A stretch of DNA of 64,000 nt from Octopus sinensis (GCF_006345805.1 NC_042998.1:203112001-203176000), one strand, 5' to 3'; shown: positions 1-12,173, counted from the first letter of the stretch. A program made the numbers and translations. Notes: generated by a model from the letters alone, not told the origin.

Positions 1-172
1 ATTGGTTTATCTCCCCCAACTAAAAAAATTGTTTTAACCCTCAATAAAACAAAGCAGAAAAAAAATTAAAATTAATAAATATGAAAAGTGAAAAGATTAA
101 ACATCGCTTTGAATCTGATAATATTTTTATAACGAAATCATACAAAACTGAAAAAATTGATAAAAATATATA

Positions 173-575
173 GGCACAGGGGTGGCTGTGTGGTAAGAAG
201 CTTGCTAACCAACAACCACATGGTTCCGGGTTCAGTCCCACTGCGTGTCACCTTGGGCAAGTGTCTTTTACTATAGCCTCGACCCGACCAAAGCCTTGTG
301 AGTGGATTTGGTAGACGGAAACTGAAAGAAACCCGTCCAATATATATAGATATATATGTGTGTGTGTGTATGTGTGTCTGTGTTTGTACCCCCAACATCA
401 CTTGACAACCGATGCTGGTGTGTTTATATCCCCGTAAAGTAGCGGTTCGGCAAAAGAGACCGATAGAATAAGTACTAGGCTTACAAAGAATAAGTCCTGG
501 GGTCGAGTTACTCGACTAAAGGCGGTACTCCAGCATGGCTGCGGTCAAATGACTGAAACAAGTAATAGAATAAAA
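173..575 (+). mobile_element. tRNA-derived SINE, family A (full length)
   Basis: A box TGGCTGTGTGG, B box GGTTCAGTCCC, internal (TA)/(TG) tract, 3' end gactgaaacaagtaa; ~10 related copies in the window. Confidence 0.85.
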
Positions 576-634
576 CACGAAAACTGAAAAAAATTAAATA
601 TCTTAATGAATCTGATAATAATTTTATAGCAAAA

Positions 635-1146
635 GGTGGCGAGCTGGCAGAACCGTTAGCACGCCGGGCCAAATGCTTAGTGGTATTTCGTCTGCCGTTA
701 CGTTCTGAGTTCAAATTCCGCCGAGGTCGACTTTGCCTTTCATCCTTTCGGTGTCGATAAATTAAGTACCAGTTACGCACTGGGGTTGATGTAATCGACT
801 TAATACCTATGTCTGTCCTTGTTTGTCCCCTCTGTGTTTATCCCCTTGTGGGTAATAAAGAAATAGGTATTTCGTCTGCCGTTACTTTCTGGGTTCAAAT
901 TCCGCCGAGGTCGACTTTGCCTTTCATTCTTTCGGGATCGATAAATTAAGTACCAGTTACGCACTGGGGTCGATGTAATCGACTTAATACGTTTGTCTGT
1001 CTTTGTTTGTCCTCTCTGTGTTTAGCCCCTTATGGGTAATAAAGAAATAGGTATTTCGTCTGCCGCTACGTTCTGAGTTCAAATTCCGCCGAGGTCTGAA
1101 AGGCAAAGTCGACCTCGGCGGAATTTGAACTCGGAACGTAGCGGCA
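635..1146 (+). mobile_element. tRNA-derived SINE family B (CORE-like), tandem ~185-bp units ending in a fold-back
   Basis: Head ggcgagctggcagaaccgttagc, B box gagttcaaattcc, core ggtcgactttgcctttcatcctttcggggtcgataaattaagtacc; unit restarts at ggtatttcgtc. Confidence 0.85.
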
Positions 1147-1149
1147 TGC

Positions 1150-1300
1150 TGACGAGTCTGCCAGGTCGACGCATTTGTTGGTGTAGCTTCACTAGTCAGA
1201 GCGGTCTTGTACCTGCGTTTCCCAGCAGTTTGGGTTCATCTCAAAGCTCTTCAGTGAGGCTTTCACTGCGCTTGCCGCCCATCAGTTCGCTGTAAAACAT
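1150..1300 (-). mobile_element. RTE-clade LINE C-terminal remnant
   Basis: Minus-strand peptides FYSELMGGKRS and KASLKSFEMNPNCWETQVQDRSD resemble the RTE/BovB ORF end. Confidence 0.55.
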
Positions 1301-1362
1301 ACTTTCAACATGCACCTCCCCCCCACACACACACGCACGCATACATTGTAATATATTTTCTA

Positions 1363-1752
1363 CTAGCAGTATCGTCCGGCGTTGCTCGGGTTTGTAAGGG
1401 AAATAACTATATAAGCATTTTTAGAGAGTTATAGCCAAAAAAAGCAAAAAAATGCATTAAAAATGGAAAAAAAATGATGATAAATTTTTTTTTAATCGTT
1501 GACTCATCGTAGACATTTTTAGAGAGTTACTTCCCTTATATAATAGCGAAAAAATGCATTAAAATGAAAAAAAATGATGGTAATTTTTTTTTTTAATCGG
1601 TGACTCATCGTAGACGCGCGCTAATACCCAGAAGGGCTCGATATGAATCACGACTATAAGATACCCGGTTTTGGTTAAACTGCACCGCAAAATGTGGGAG
1701 TAGTTAGGAATCTAAATCGTAGGAGACAGACACACGACATCACTTTTATATA
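1363..1752 (-). mobile_element. Non-autonomous Helitron with internal ~100-bp tandem duplication
   Basis: Minus-strand 3' end cccgagcaacgccgg hairpin + acgatactgCTAG|t, nearly identical to the 43901-43928 terminus; 5' end tatataaaagtgatg. Confidence 0.75.
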
Positions 1753-1974
1753 TTTTCTATTTTCTCGCTGGACTATAGCAGTTCACAATTTTGGCCCCGC
1801 TGTGTATGTAATTCGATCCACCGATAAATGAACCGAAGCTGGTTACACCCAGCCTACCTTTTCTTTGGCCATCGGGAGATGGTAAACACATTTGTTTACA
1901 CTTGTTCGGTGTCTCCAATTACACAGTCTGGCGGACGAGAACTTGTATTACTACATCAAATTTACCTTGTAGAA

Positions 1975-2039
1975 TCATCATATATATATATATATTATAT
2001 ATATATGTATATATATTTACACACACATACATGCATACA

Positions 2040-2072
<33 letters not shown>

Positions 2073-2129
2073 GTACATACATACATACATACATACATGC
2101 ATACATACATACATACATACATACATGCA

Positions 2130-2160
<31 letters not shown>

Positions 2161-2185
2161 GTATGTACATATGTGTATGTATCTA
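1975..2185. repeat. (TA)n/(TACA)n compound microsatellite
   Basis: Direct reading; source of several spurious ORFs. Confidence 0.95.
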
Positions 2186-2327
2186 TACCCTAAACCACGC
2201 TCCTTAACCTGTATTTTTTTCCTTAAATTTGCTTTCGTCCCCCTAATACATCTTATCGTTTGCACCTTCAAATTAGCTCGTTTGATCTTGCTGCTGCGAC
2301 TGTTGCTGTTGCTGAAGATGGCCCTCG

Positions 2328-2397
<70 letters not shown>

Positions 2398-2412
2398 TAA
2401 TAATAATAATAA

Positions 2413-2923
2413 TGGTATAGGCACACACCAGAAAAGGTCACAGAAAACGAGAAAGCAACCATACTCTGGGATATGCCGATACACACAGATAGAGAAATTA
2501 AGGCCAACAGACCAGATATAGTTGTCAGAGATCATGAAGAAAAAAAATGCTTTCTAATTGATGTATCAATACCGGCAGATGACAACGTGTCTCTAAAAGA
2601 AATGGAGAAACTCTCAAAATACAAAGACCTGGAAATAGAGGTAACTAGAATGTGGAATCTGAAAACAGAAACAATTCCTATCATAGTAGGCGCATTAGGC
2701 ATGATAAAAAAATATTCAGACAAATACATAACAAAAACACCAGGACTTACAAACACATATAACATACAGAAAATTGCACTACTAGGCACTGCACACATCC
2801 TACGCAGAACACTTTCCATACAATAACCATCAGAGCATCACAACAAATCACAGCACATACCCAAGGCACACAGAGCTGCGCTCGGTAGTGAAGTGAAAGC
2901 ACGCTATAAAAATAAAACTACGG
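2413..2923 (+). mobile_element. R4/Dong-like RLE LINE 3' fragment inside (TAA)n
   Basis: Reading frame WYRHTPEK...ILWDMPIHTDREIKANRPDIVV...FLIDVSIP...EKLSKYKDL...IPIIVGALG...LLGTAHILRR (PD-(D/E)xK endonuclease), stop at 2826; (AAT)n on both sides. Confidence 0.9.
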
Positions 2924-2954
2924 AATAATAATAATAATAGTAATAATAATAATG

Positions 2955-3019
<65 letters not shown>

Positions 3020-3530
3020 TCACCGGAGTCTTTAGTCATCTGTGAAGTCACAACAAGGACCTCAGACAGATAATACTTTCCTTAAGATGTGCGCTGTGCT
3101 CAATAAGGCTGCTTTTTGCAAGGCATCAATCTTGTATGGGATTTCCAGTTGCTCAAAGAAGTCTTGAAGCTTCAATGGGATTGAGCCCAAAGCTTCGATC
3201 ACCACTGGTATCACTTTTGCATTACCCTCTCGCATTACATACAGTCCTGCCATTTCCAATTTAAATTTGGAGTACTTGGGTGATTTTTTTCAATCTCTTT
3301 ACTCACAACATTCATGTCATTTGGTATGGCTACAACAATGATCTGACAGTATTTGTCTCTCTTATTCAGTATGATAATATTCAGCCGACGGTGTTCGATT
3401 ACACGATCTGTCTGAAAATCATAGTCCCAGAGTATCGTTACTGTTCCATCCCCCTGCATAACTTTACTTGGTACATGCTCATACCAGTTCTCTGTCACTT
3501 CATTTTGGTATTTACAGCATAAGAGCCAAT
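3020..3530 (-). mobile_element. Second RLE LINE family, 3' fragment, frameshifted
   Basis: WYEHVPSKV...ILWDYDFQTDRVIEHRRLNII and IPVVIEALG...LQKAALLSTAHILRKVLSV; tail-to-tail with the 2413 element across (TAA)n. Confidence 0.85.
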
Positions 3531-3577
3531 GAAGATACACACACACACTTTATCGTGTGTGTTACGAAGGAATGATA

Positions 3578-3975
3578 ATAATCCGTTCTACTTTAGGCAC
3601 AAGGCCTGGATTTTTGTGGGGAGGGGGACATTTGATCACATTGACCCCAGTACTTGACTGGTACTTAATTTATCGAGCCCGAAAGGATGAAAGGCAAAGT
3701 CGATCTCGGCCAAATTTGAACTCAGAACAAAGCGGCAGGCTAAATACCTATTTCTTTACTACCCACAAGGGGCTAAACACAGAGGGGCAAACAAGGACAG
3801 ACAAACGAATTAAGTCGATTACATCGACTCCAGTGCGTAACTTGTACTTATTTAATCGACCCCGAAAGGATGAAAGGCAAAGTCGACCTCAGGGGAATTT
3901 GAAATCAGAACGTAACGGCATATGAAATACAGCTAAGCATTTCGCCCGGCGTGCTAACCTTTCTGCCAGCCCTCC
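3578..3975 (-). mobile_element. SINE B dimer (tail type 1 + tail type 2)
   Basis: Two cores ccccgaaaggatgaaaggcaaagtcga; head near 3975. Confidence 0.85.
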
Positions 3976-4947
3976 ATGCATTTATAAAGACTTACGACTA
4001 CACATCAATCCATCCATACTGCCATTCATACAACCACACAATCACCCCCAGTTCCCCACCAACCCACGCACAAACACACACACACACACATCTCTACATA
4101 CATATATTCATGTATGCACATACACACACACACATATACACAAATCGGCAGCCAATCGGTGAGACAAGCCATATCGTTTACGTCACATGCAAACAGACGA
4201 CACCTGTCGCCTAAAAACCCAACTTGGTGTCCATTTTAACCCCATGAAAATCGTCCGTGAGCCCTGGTATCCCCCCGCCCCCTTTCCGCCCTTTCCGCCA
4301 TCGACGCCGTGCGCTGCCCTGGAAATGTTAAGCCCGACGGTACACAAGCAAGACAACATACTCACAGATGGCTGCCACCAATCTGCCGATACATATTCAT
4401 TAGGTCTTAGAACATCCAAAACCCCCACCGCAACCCTACCCCACCCGGTCCCGCCGCCCTTCCTAGCTGTTCTGGACCCAGAACCTTATTTAAATAGACA
4501 GCTCCGCTCTGTTTAAATTGGTTATACGTAGGCACACATGCGTGCATAGGTGCATCTGTGTTTTTCCTTGTGCGCGCGATCGTCTGTGTGCTTGCGTGGC
4601 TGTGTGCGTGTGGGAGTGTCTGCGTCAGTTTATAGGCGGATGCTTATACGGGTGCGTATATGTATTTAGGTACCTTTATATATATATATATATGAGTGTA
4701 TGTAAGTGTGTATATATGCGTGTGTGTATGTACGCATCTGTTTCTTTGCATGTGTGCATGTAAACACACATGCAAATGTAGATGTGTTTATATCTTTATA
4801 TATTACATGTGTTAATATACGACTGTCGGTGATTGTGTGTGGTTATGTGTGTATGTGTATCTGTCTGTCTGTCTATCTACTTGTCGGTCTGCCTGTCTGT
4901 TAGTCTGTCTGTCTGTCCGTCTATTTATCTATCTATCTATCTATCTA

Positions 4948-4992
<45 letters not shown>

Positions 4993-5034
4993 ATTTATCT
5001 ATCTATCTGTCTGTTTGTCTGTTTGTATGTCTGC

Positions 5035-5105
<71 letters not shown>

Positions 5106-5951
5106 CCTAGTTGTTTCTCTCGATATAGATATAGATATAGATGTTTGAAGCTCCAATGAAAGTATAGGGTGATACTCAAGTACTCCACCATGAGTGTCAC
5201 AGAAAGAGTTGCAAGCTAATGAGGTTCACAGCACAACTTTTTATTTCCTTTGTCAGTTCGGTGTTTTATAGATATATATGTATAGTATGTGCATGTATAT
5301 ATTTATGTATGTCTGCATCTATGTACATCCATTTAAACATAAAATACCTCATGTGTGAAGCAGAGGGTTTAAAAAATGCATGTGTGTGTGTCTGCGTGTG
5401 CGTGTGTGTGTGTATTTGTGCATTAGCGTGTTTATTCTCATGTACCAGATGTGTGATATGCATGCGTGTGTGCGTGTGTTTGTGGCTCAATATTGTGGTC
5501 TTTTAATATTCTGGTATGTTTTCTTATTATGCGTAATTTTGGAAGCAGGTGATTATTGAAAATTCAGTTGGTAACGTTCCTAGATCAAACATAAGTTGCT
5601 GCTCTCGTAGGAGGAAAAGAATATCGGAGATCTGTTATATGTAAGACAATAAAAAAACATGTACAGATAGCGGGTGAATTGGTGAACTGAATAGAGACAA
5701 CAAGGAAGAAGTGAACTGTTGTTGAGTCGAAAATCTCTAACGCGTTCAGTGTATCTTACAACTTACCTCCTGACAGTTTGTTTTATGTAAGCTGTTCCGC
5801 TGGTACTTAATAAAAGAAGCTGAGTTTCTTTAAGGTACAAATCAAATTTATAGAAATAGGAAAAAAATATTTATTAGAGCAGGTAGTGTGGTGATATTCA
5901 AGAACAATGAGCTAGTGTTCAAACATTGGGGGTTGAGGACAGGAATATACT

Positions 5952-6381
5952 CTTTTCTACTATAGGTACAGAGCCCGAAATATTTGAGGGAGGTGGCCAG
6001 TCGATTAGATCGACCCCAGCACGCAACTGGTACTTAATTTATCGAGCCCGAAAGGATGAAAAGCAAAGTCAACGTCGGCGGAATTTGAACTCAGAACGTA
6101 AAGACAGACGAAATACCGCTAAGCATTTCGCCCGGCGTGCTAACGTTTCTTATTTCTTTATTACCCACAAGGAGCTACACACAGAGGGGAGAAACAAGGA
6201 CAGACAAAGGGATTAAATCGATTACATCGACCCCAGTACGTAACTGGTACTTAATTTATCGACCCCGAAAGGATGAAAGGCAAAGTCGACCTCGGCGGAA
6301 ATTGAACTCAGAACGTAAAGGCGAACGAAATGCCGATAAGCATTTCGCCCGGCGTGCTAACGATTCGGCCAGCTCGCTGCC
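5952..6381 (-). mobile_element. SINE B dimer with 19-bp target-site duplication
   Basis: ttgag(g/a)acaggaatatact at 5933-5951 and 6382-6400 flanks two core units. Confidence 0.85.
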
Positions 6382-7599
6382 TTGAGAACAGGAATATACT
6401 GTCTTGAGAAAAGTCAAATAATGACTACTTTGGATACATTCAATTTAACATTTTTCTTACACACACATATGGGATGGCAAGCTTTGGGAGTGAAAACGTC
6501 AAGAGAAGGTTGCAAAACGGAAGTTTTTAATCACAGCTACGACTTGCTGAGAGATCCTTTCTTTTAAAAATAATGGTTCTAAATTTTGGCAAAATGCTTA
6601 GCGTTATTCCGTCCGTCCTTATATTCTGAGTACAAATTCAACCGAGGTCAATTTTTGCCTTTCATTCTTCCAGGGTCGATAAAATAAGTGCTAGTCAAAG
6701 TCAATCGCTGGGATTCATTCGATAGAATCCCCTAACCTTCCTCACTCCAATTTGCTGCCTTCTTGCTAAAATCTGAAACCCTTATTAAATGCGTCGCGCT
6801 GGTACAGTCTTTAGCAGCCGGACAAAATGCTCAGTGCTATTTCGTCCGACTCTTTATACTTTGAGTTCAAGTACTGTTTCATTTTATATAGTGGTTTGTT
6901 ATCTGAGTAGTGATTCGGATGGGAATGGCAGCAGTGTCGTGTTAGGGGTGGCGGTAGTTGTGAGGCTGGGTGTAGCGAGAGTAGTGGTGGTGCCGTTTCT
7001 CTTTAAATATTTGGTTTTCCAGTATTAATTCAATTTCTATATATTTCTGTTTTTCTTTTTATGGATATTTTATATTTATATACCTTTTTCTTTTACTTTT
7101 ATATATTTCTCAAACCACCCTATTCTCTCTCTTTCTCTCTTGTACTCCTAATACACTCTTTCTCTCTCTCTCTACTACTCTTCCTCCCTCTCCCACTCCT
7201 GCTACCCCGTCTTTTCCAGCCCACACCTCCCTCCCTACGAATTATCATTGTTAAAAGATGAGCCACGGTGGATAGTCATTGTTGCGCCATGACAATAGAC
7301 AGCGGACCGCAGATCACCGGCGAACCAGCGTATGATCACTGCGGCCCCACATACTTACAGCACACACCACGGCTCCTCCACTCACACTCACACACAAAGT
7401 ACACACACCACTCATGCCAACTGAACCACAATAGTTTAGGGTTTTTTAAAAATTATATTATTATTATTTTGTTATTGTTTTATAATGGAGTTCATTTTAT
7501 AAAATGGCGGACAACAAACTTTAAAATGGAGAAAATGAAAGAAAAAACACGATTTGGGTTTAAGAGTAAAAATGCACGAAAGATATGGGATAGATTGAA

Positions 7600-7624
7600 A
7601 AATGGGGGAGACAGACAGACAGAC

Positions 7625-7655
<31 letters not shown>

Positions 7656-7696
7656 AGAAGAAAGAAAGAAGGAAAGAAAGAAAGAAGAAAGAAAAA

Positions 7697-7732
<36 letters not shown>

Positions 7733-7790
7733 AAAACAAGATAGATAGATAGATAGAAGATAGAGGAGACAGACAGACAGAAAGAAAGAC

Positions 7791-7846
<56 letters not shown>

Positions 7847-7851
7847 AAAAC

Positions 7852-7933
<82 letters not shown>

Positions 7934-8010
7934 AGCTAGATAGATAAATAGATGGGCAGAGATACATAGATAGATAGAAAGATAGTTAGATAGATAGAAA
8001 GAAAGGTAGA
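7600..8010. repeat. (GAAA)n/(GATA)n/(GACA)n compound microsatellite
   Basis: Direct reading. Confidence 0.95.
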
Positions 8011-8291
8011 TAGATGGATGGAGGGTGGATGGATAGATGCAAAGATAGATCGATAACAGACAAATAGCAAGATGCATACATAAACAGACAGACAGACGTA
8101 TAATCGCAATCTTTCATTCTTTCCCTTCTTTTCTCCATCCTTTTCTCCATCCCCTTCATCCTCTTCTCCCCTTCTTTCTCTTCGTCCTCTTCTTCCTCTC
8201 CTTCATCTTCTTCCTCTTCTTCGTCCTCTTCTTCGTCCTCTTCTTCTTAATATTATTATTGTCTCCTCCTCTTCCTCCTCCAACTACCACC

Positions 8292-8368
<77 letters not shown>

Positions 8369-8411
8369 CCATTCGTTTTCTTCGTCTATTATAAGTACAT
8401 GTAGTAGCAGT

Positions 8412-8450
<39 letters not shown>

Positions 8451-9092
8451 GGCAGTCATGATTATAGTAATGGTGGCTCTTTTAGTTGATGTTTTTTTTT
8501 CCTGGCGCAAAGTTCGTCATTGTTATTGTTATTAGGTTGTTGTTGTCGTTGTTGTTGTCGATGTTACAGTTGCATTTCTTGTTGGTTTTGTTGTTGTTCT
8601 GGTTGTCGTCGTCCGTCGTAGAAGTAGCAGTTGGTGTTCTTGTTCTTGCTGTTGTCGTTGTACTCAATGTCCGCCAAAGTGAGAAACGAAGACGAGTTAA
8701 TAAGTGAAATCAGCTTTTAGTGTAAATGAGGGGGAGAAATAAAGTGGAGGGGGGTTGCTTAAAACGACTTTAGTTGTTGAAAGGTTTGTGTGGGCAGAGG
8801 GGGGAGGGATGATGGTCCGGATTGAAGAACGGTGGAAGAGGCGTGGGGGATTGGGGGGAGGGGGGTAAAGGGGTGGCTAATATATATATATAGGAGTGGG
8901 GTGCCGTAGGGGTGTGGAGTTATGGGGGTAGTTTTGCTACGTAGAAACGAGACGGCGGCGGGTTGGGGGGGAACGGTGAAGAAATTGACCGAACGAAGCA
9001 GAGATTGACGAGAAAGCAAAAGATAGGTTTCAAAGGATGGGGGTGGGGTGGATGATATGTATAAATAGGTGGCGAGGTGAGTGAAGAGGTGT

Positions 9093-9138
<46 letters not shown>

Positions 9139-9501
9139 GCGGAGGACTGAGAGAGAAAGGGAGAGAAAAAGATTAAGAAGATACAGAGAGGGGGCTGTGA
9201 ATACGGGTGCATGTGTGTGTAAATGTGTGCGAAAGAGAGACAGAGGGAGAGAGAGAGAGAGAGAGAGAGAAGTAGAGAGAAGGGAAAGAGACATACATAT
9301 ACATGCATATATTATACATATATGTGTGTTTATGTATGTATGTATATATATATATAACATATATATATATACACATATATACATACATACATGTATATGT
9401 ATGTCTGTAAATGCATCTGTGTATATGCATGTGTTTTGTATGTATGTATATATATATATATATATATATTGTCAAATACGTATGCGTGTATGAATTTACT
9501 C

Positions 9502-9554
<53 letters not shown>

Positions 9555-9645
9555 GTTAACATTCATGCGCGTGCAAGTACCCAAGCCGCATACATGCCGT
9601 CATATATGCTACAGGCATACGCATGAAACATAAACATGCAAGTCA

Positions 9646-9948
9646 CTTAGCGGTTCGGCAAAAGAGACCGATGGAATAAGTACTGGGCTTACAAAGAATA
9701 AGTCCTGGGGTCGATTTACTCGACTAATGGTGGTGCTCCAGCATGGCCGCAGTCATGAAACAAGTAAAAGAGTAAAAAAAAAAGAGTATATATATATATA
9801 TATATATATATGGCGCAGAAGTGGCTGTGTGGTAAGTAGCTTGCTTACCATCCACATGGTTCTGGGTCCAATCCCACTGCATAGCACCTTAGGCCGACCA
9901 AAGACTTGCGAGTGGATTTGGTAGATGGAAACTGAAAGAAGCCCGTCG
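9646..9948 (+). mobile_element. SINE A fragments (3' half, TA tract, then 5' half)
   Basis: Matches to 173-575. Confidence 0.8.
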
Positions 9949-9956
9949 CATATACA

Positions 9957-10017
<61 letters not shown>

Positions 10018-10354
10018 TCAATCCAAACATGAACAAGCAAGGAAAAACAACAACGCGAGAACGTGGAATAAGTACAGTGTTATTGGACGCCCAGGAAAGA
10101 AAAGATAAGGTTAGATGAAGAGGGGAATGAGAGTTGAACCGAAGTGGCGCAAAGGAAGGAAGAGAGAAGATTAATCCCTGATCACGGCGCAAACAGGGGT
10201 CCGGATGGCCCCTGTGCAAGGAAATGGACAGGTGTTGCAAAGAGTGACCGGTAGAGCGGAAATGACACGAAACCGGGGTGTTATTGCCGAGTCGGATGTA
10301 TATATATATATTTATATATATACATTTTTTCCCCCCTTGTTTCTTTCTCGGTTC

Positions 10355-10390
10355 CTTTCTGTGGAAGAGCGTAGGATCGAAACGTTAAAG
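10355..10390 (+). ncRNA. Minimal hammerhead-like motif with variant core, in a Penelope-type terminal repeat
   Basis: cttt CTGTGGA a gagc gtag gatc GAAAC GTT aaag; A6 is U and stem II has one mismatch. Confidence 0.45.
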
Positions 10391-10498
10391 ACTTTCTCAC
10401 TTCCCGAGCGTTATACTAATACATCTGTTTGTTGTTTACACCCTGCTGTCTTCGGCTTTTGTTTTTTGTGAATTCTCCCTATATATAAACATACATGG

Positions 10499-10567
<69 letters not shown>

Positions 10568-11164
10568 GCATACATAATAAATATATATATGTGTGTGTGT
10601 GTGTGTACACACATAAATATATATATATATATATATAGATATATGTATCTATATAAATATGCACACACATGCGCGCGCGCTGGCACATACACATGTATGT
10701 ATACATGTGTGTATATATACTTATGGTGTTTATACTTCCATATGTATGTGGATGATTGTGTATCTCTATTGTTCACGCGTACACACACACACACAACACA
10801 CACACATATATACATACACACACTTTCACGTATATCATTGCTTTTATTTAACCAAAGAAGCAGAGAAATGAATACAGAGTCTGCATGGAATTTCTAACAA
10901 TATAAAGAAACTTTATCTGTGTCCGATTCAATCGCTTTATTTCAGTACAATTATTCTTATAATCCGGTTTTCTTTGTTAAAATTTCATTTCCTCCCTTGA
11001 ATGTTATCACAACCAAGAACAGAAGAGTGGAATAAAAGATTCTGCTAGGTGAAGAAACTGGTGGCAGGTTATACATGTGTGTGTATGTATGTGTGTGTGC
11101 GTGCGTGTGTATAAGTGCGCATGCATGCATACCTAAAAGCTTTTGTTACATAATATATGTATAT

Positions 11165-11206
<42 letters not shown>

Positions 11207-11219
11207 AAATATATATATT

Positions 11220-11420
11220 AGAATGTGACCGCGAGTGTACCGTTGGGGATTTTTTTTCCTCCGTCTTCCCTTCCTTGGATCTTTTCTTTTCCTATGTTTC
11301 TGACGAAGATCTCCGCTCGAAACGTTAAATCCTTCTTTCTTTCCTTTCCTGAGCGTCCAATAACACTATACTTGTTCCACGTCCTCGCGTTGTTGTGTTT
11401 TCTCTTTGTGTTTTCATAGA
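11220..11420 (+). mobile_element. Non-coding Penelope-type terminal-repeat module in (TA)n
   Basis: Homologous to 41565-41760 (+), 46865-47085 (-) and part of 10017-10110 (-); contains a hammerhead motif. Confidence 0.6.
11296..11330 (+). ncRNA. Minimal type I hammerhead ribozyme motif
   Basis: gttt CTGACGA a gatc tcc gctc GAAAC GTT aaat; canonical core, extra A after A9, palindromic AACGTT stem III. Confidence 0.6.
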
Positions 11421-11637
11421 GATAGAACAGGGGACAACTGATGAAGGAATTATTCTTTACGTTGCCTGTCTCGTTTCTCTATTTATTTATTTCGCTGTTC
11501 GAAAAAAAAGTTCGTTTTCCATGATTTTGTTTTTATGATCCCGTTTTTCATTTTGCTCACGTTTTTTTTTGGCGTCCTATACCCATATATGCATATATAT
11601 ATATATAGGTATGTACATATATGCATATATGGATATA

Positions 11638-11674
<37 letters not shown>

Positions 11675-11686
<12 letters not shown>

Positions 11687-12056
11687 AAACAAGTCAAAAA
11701 TAGAAAATGCTAAGATGATTTTATAGTGAATCTTTCAGTACCGGTTTCGGTCATTTTGAGACCTTTTCAACTGTAACGATTAAATAATTAAATTTAGAAA
11801 AATTAGAAGAAAAGTTTTTTAAAAGAATATTTCTGTAGTAGTGTTCAGGGGAGTCAGAGAAAGGCAGAATGCTACTTATATTTGAACACTACTACAGAAA
11901 TATTCTTTTAAAAAAACTTTTCTTCTAATTTTTCTAAATTTAATTATTTAATCGTTACAGTTGAAAAGGTCTCAAAATGACCGAAACCGGTACTGAAAGA
12001 TTCACTATAAAATCATCTTAGCATTTTCTATTTTTGACTTGTTTTTTCATATATAT
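11675..12056. repeat. Near-perfect inverted repeat, ~173-bp arms, 35-bp spacer
   Basis: 11675-11847 is the reverse complement of 11883-12056; flanked by (TA)n. Confidence 0.95.
11958..11995 (+). ncRNA. Minimal hammerhead motif, U3-A8 core variant (mirror copy 11736-11773, minus strand)
   Basis: cag TTGAAAA ggtc tcaaaat gacc GAAAC CG GTA ctg; stems I, II and palindromic stem III ACCGGT all pair. Confidence 0.65.
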
Positions 12057-12082
12057 CAACTCGTGTGTTCCTTTCCACCCTT

Positions 12083-12173
<91 letters not shown>

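Noticed and set aside
85-630. Duplicated aaaactgaaaaaatt around SINE A as a TSD
   Set aside because: Better explained by a degenerate ~60-bp AT-rich tandem repeat interrupted by the SINE; boundaries ambiguous
1828-2535. Long ORFs rich in YIHT/CMYV/poly-L/N/Y (and dozens like them across the window)
   Set aside because: Translations of (TACA)n, (TA)n, (CA)n and (TAA)n microsatellites
11434-11470. CTGATGA aggaattattct ttac gttg as a hammerhead
   Set aside because: GAAA core strand is absent (TTAC); at most a dead remnant
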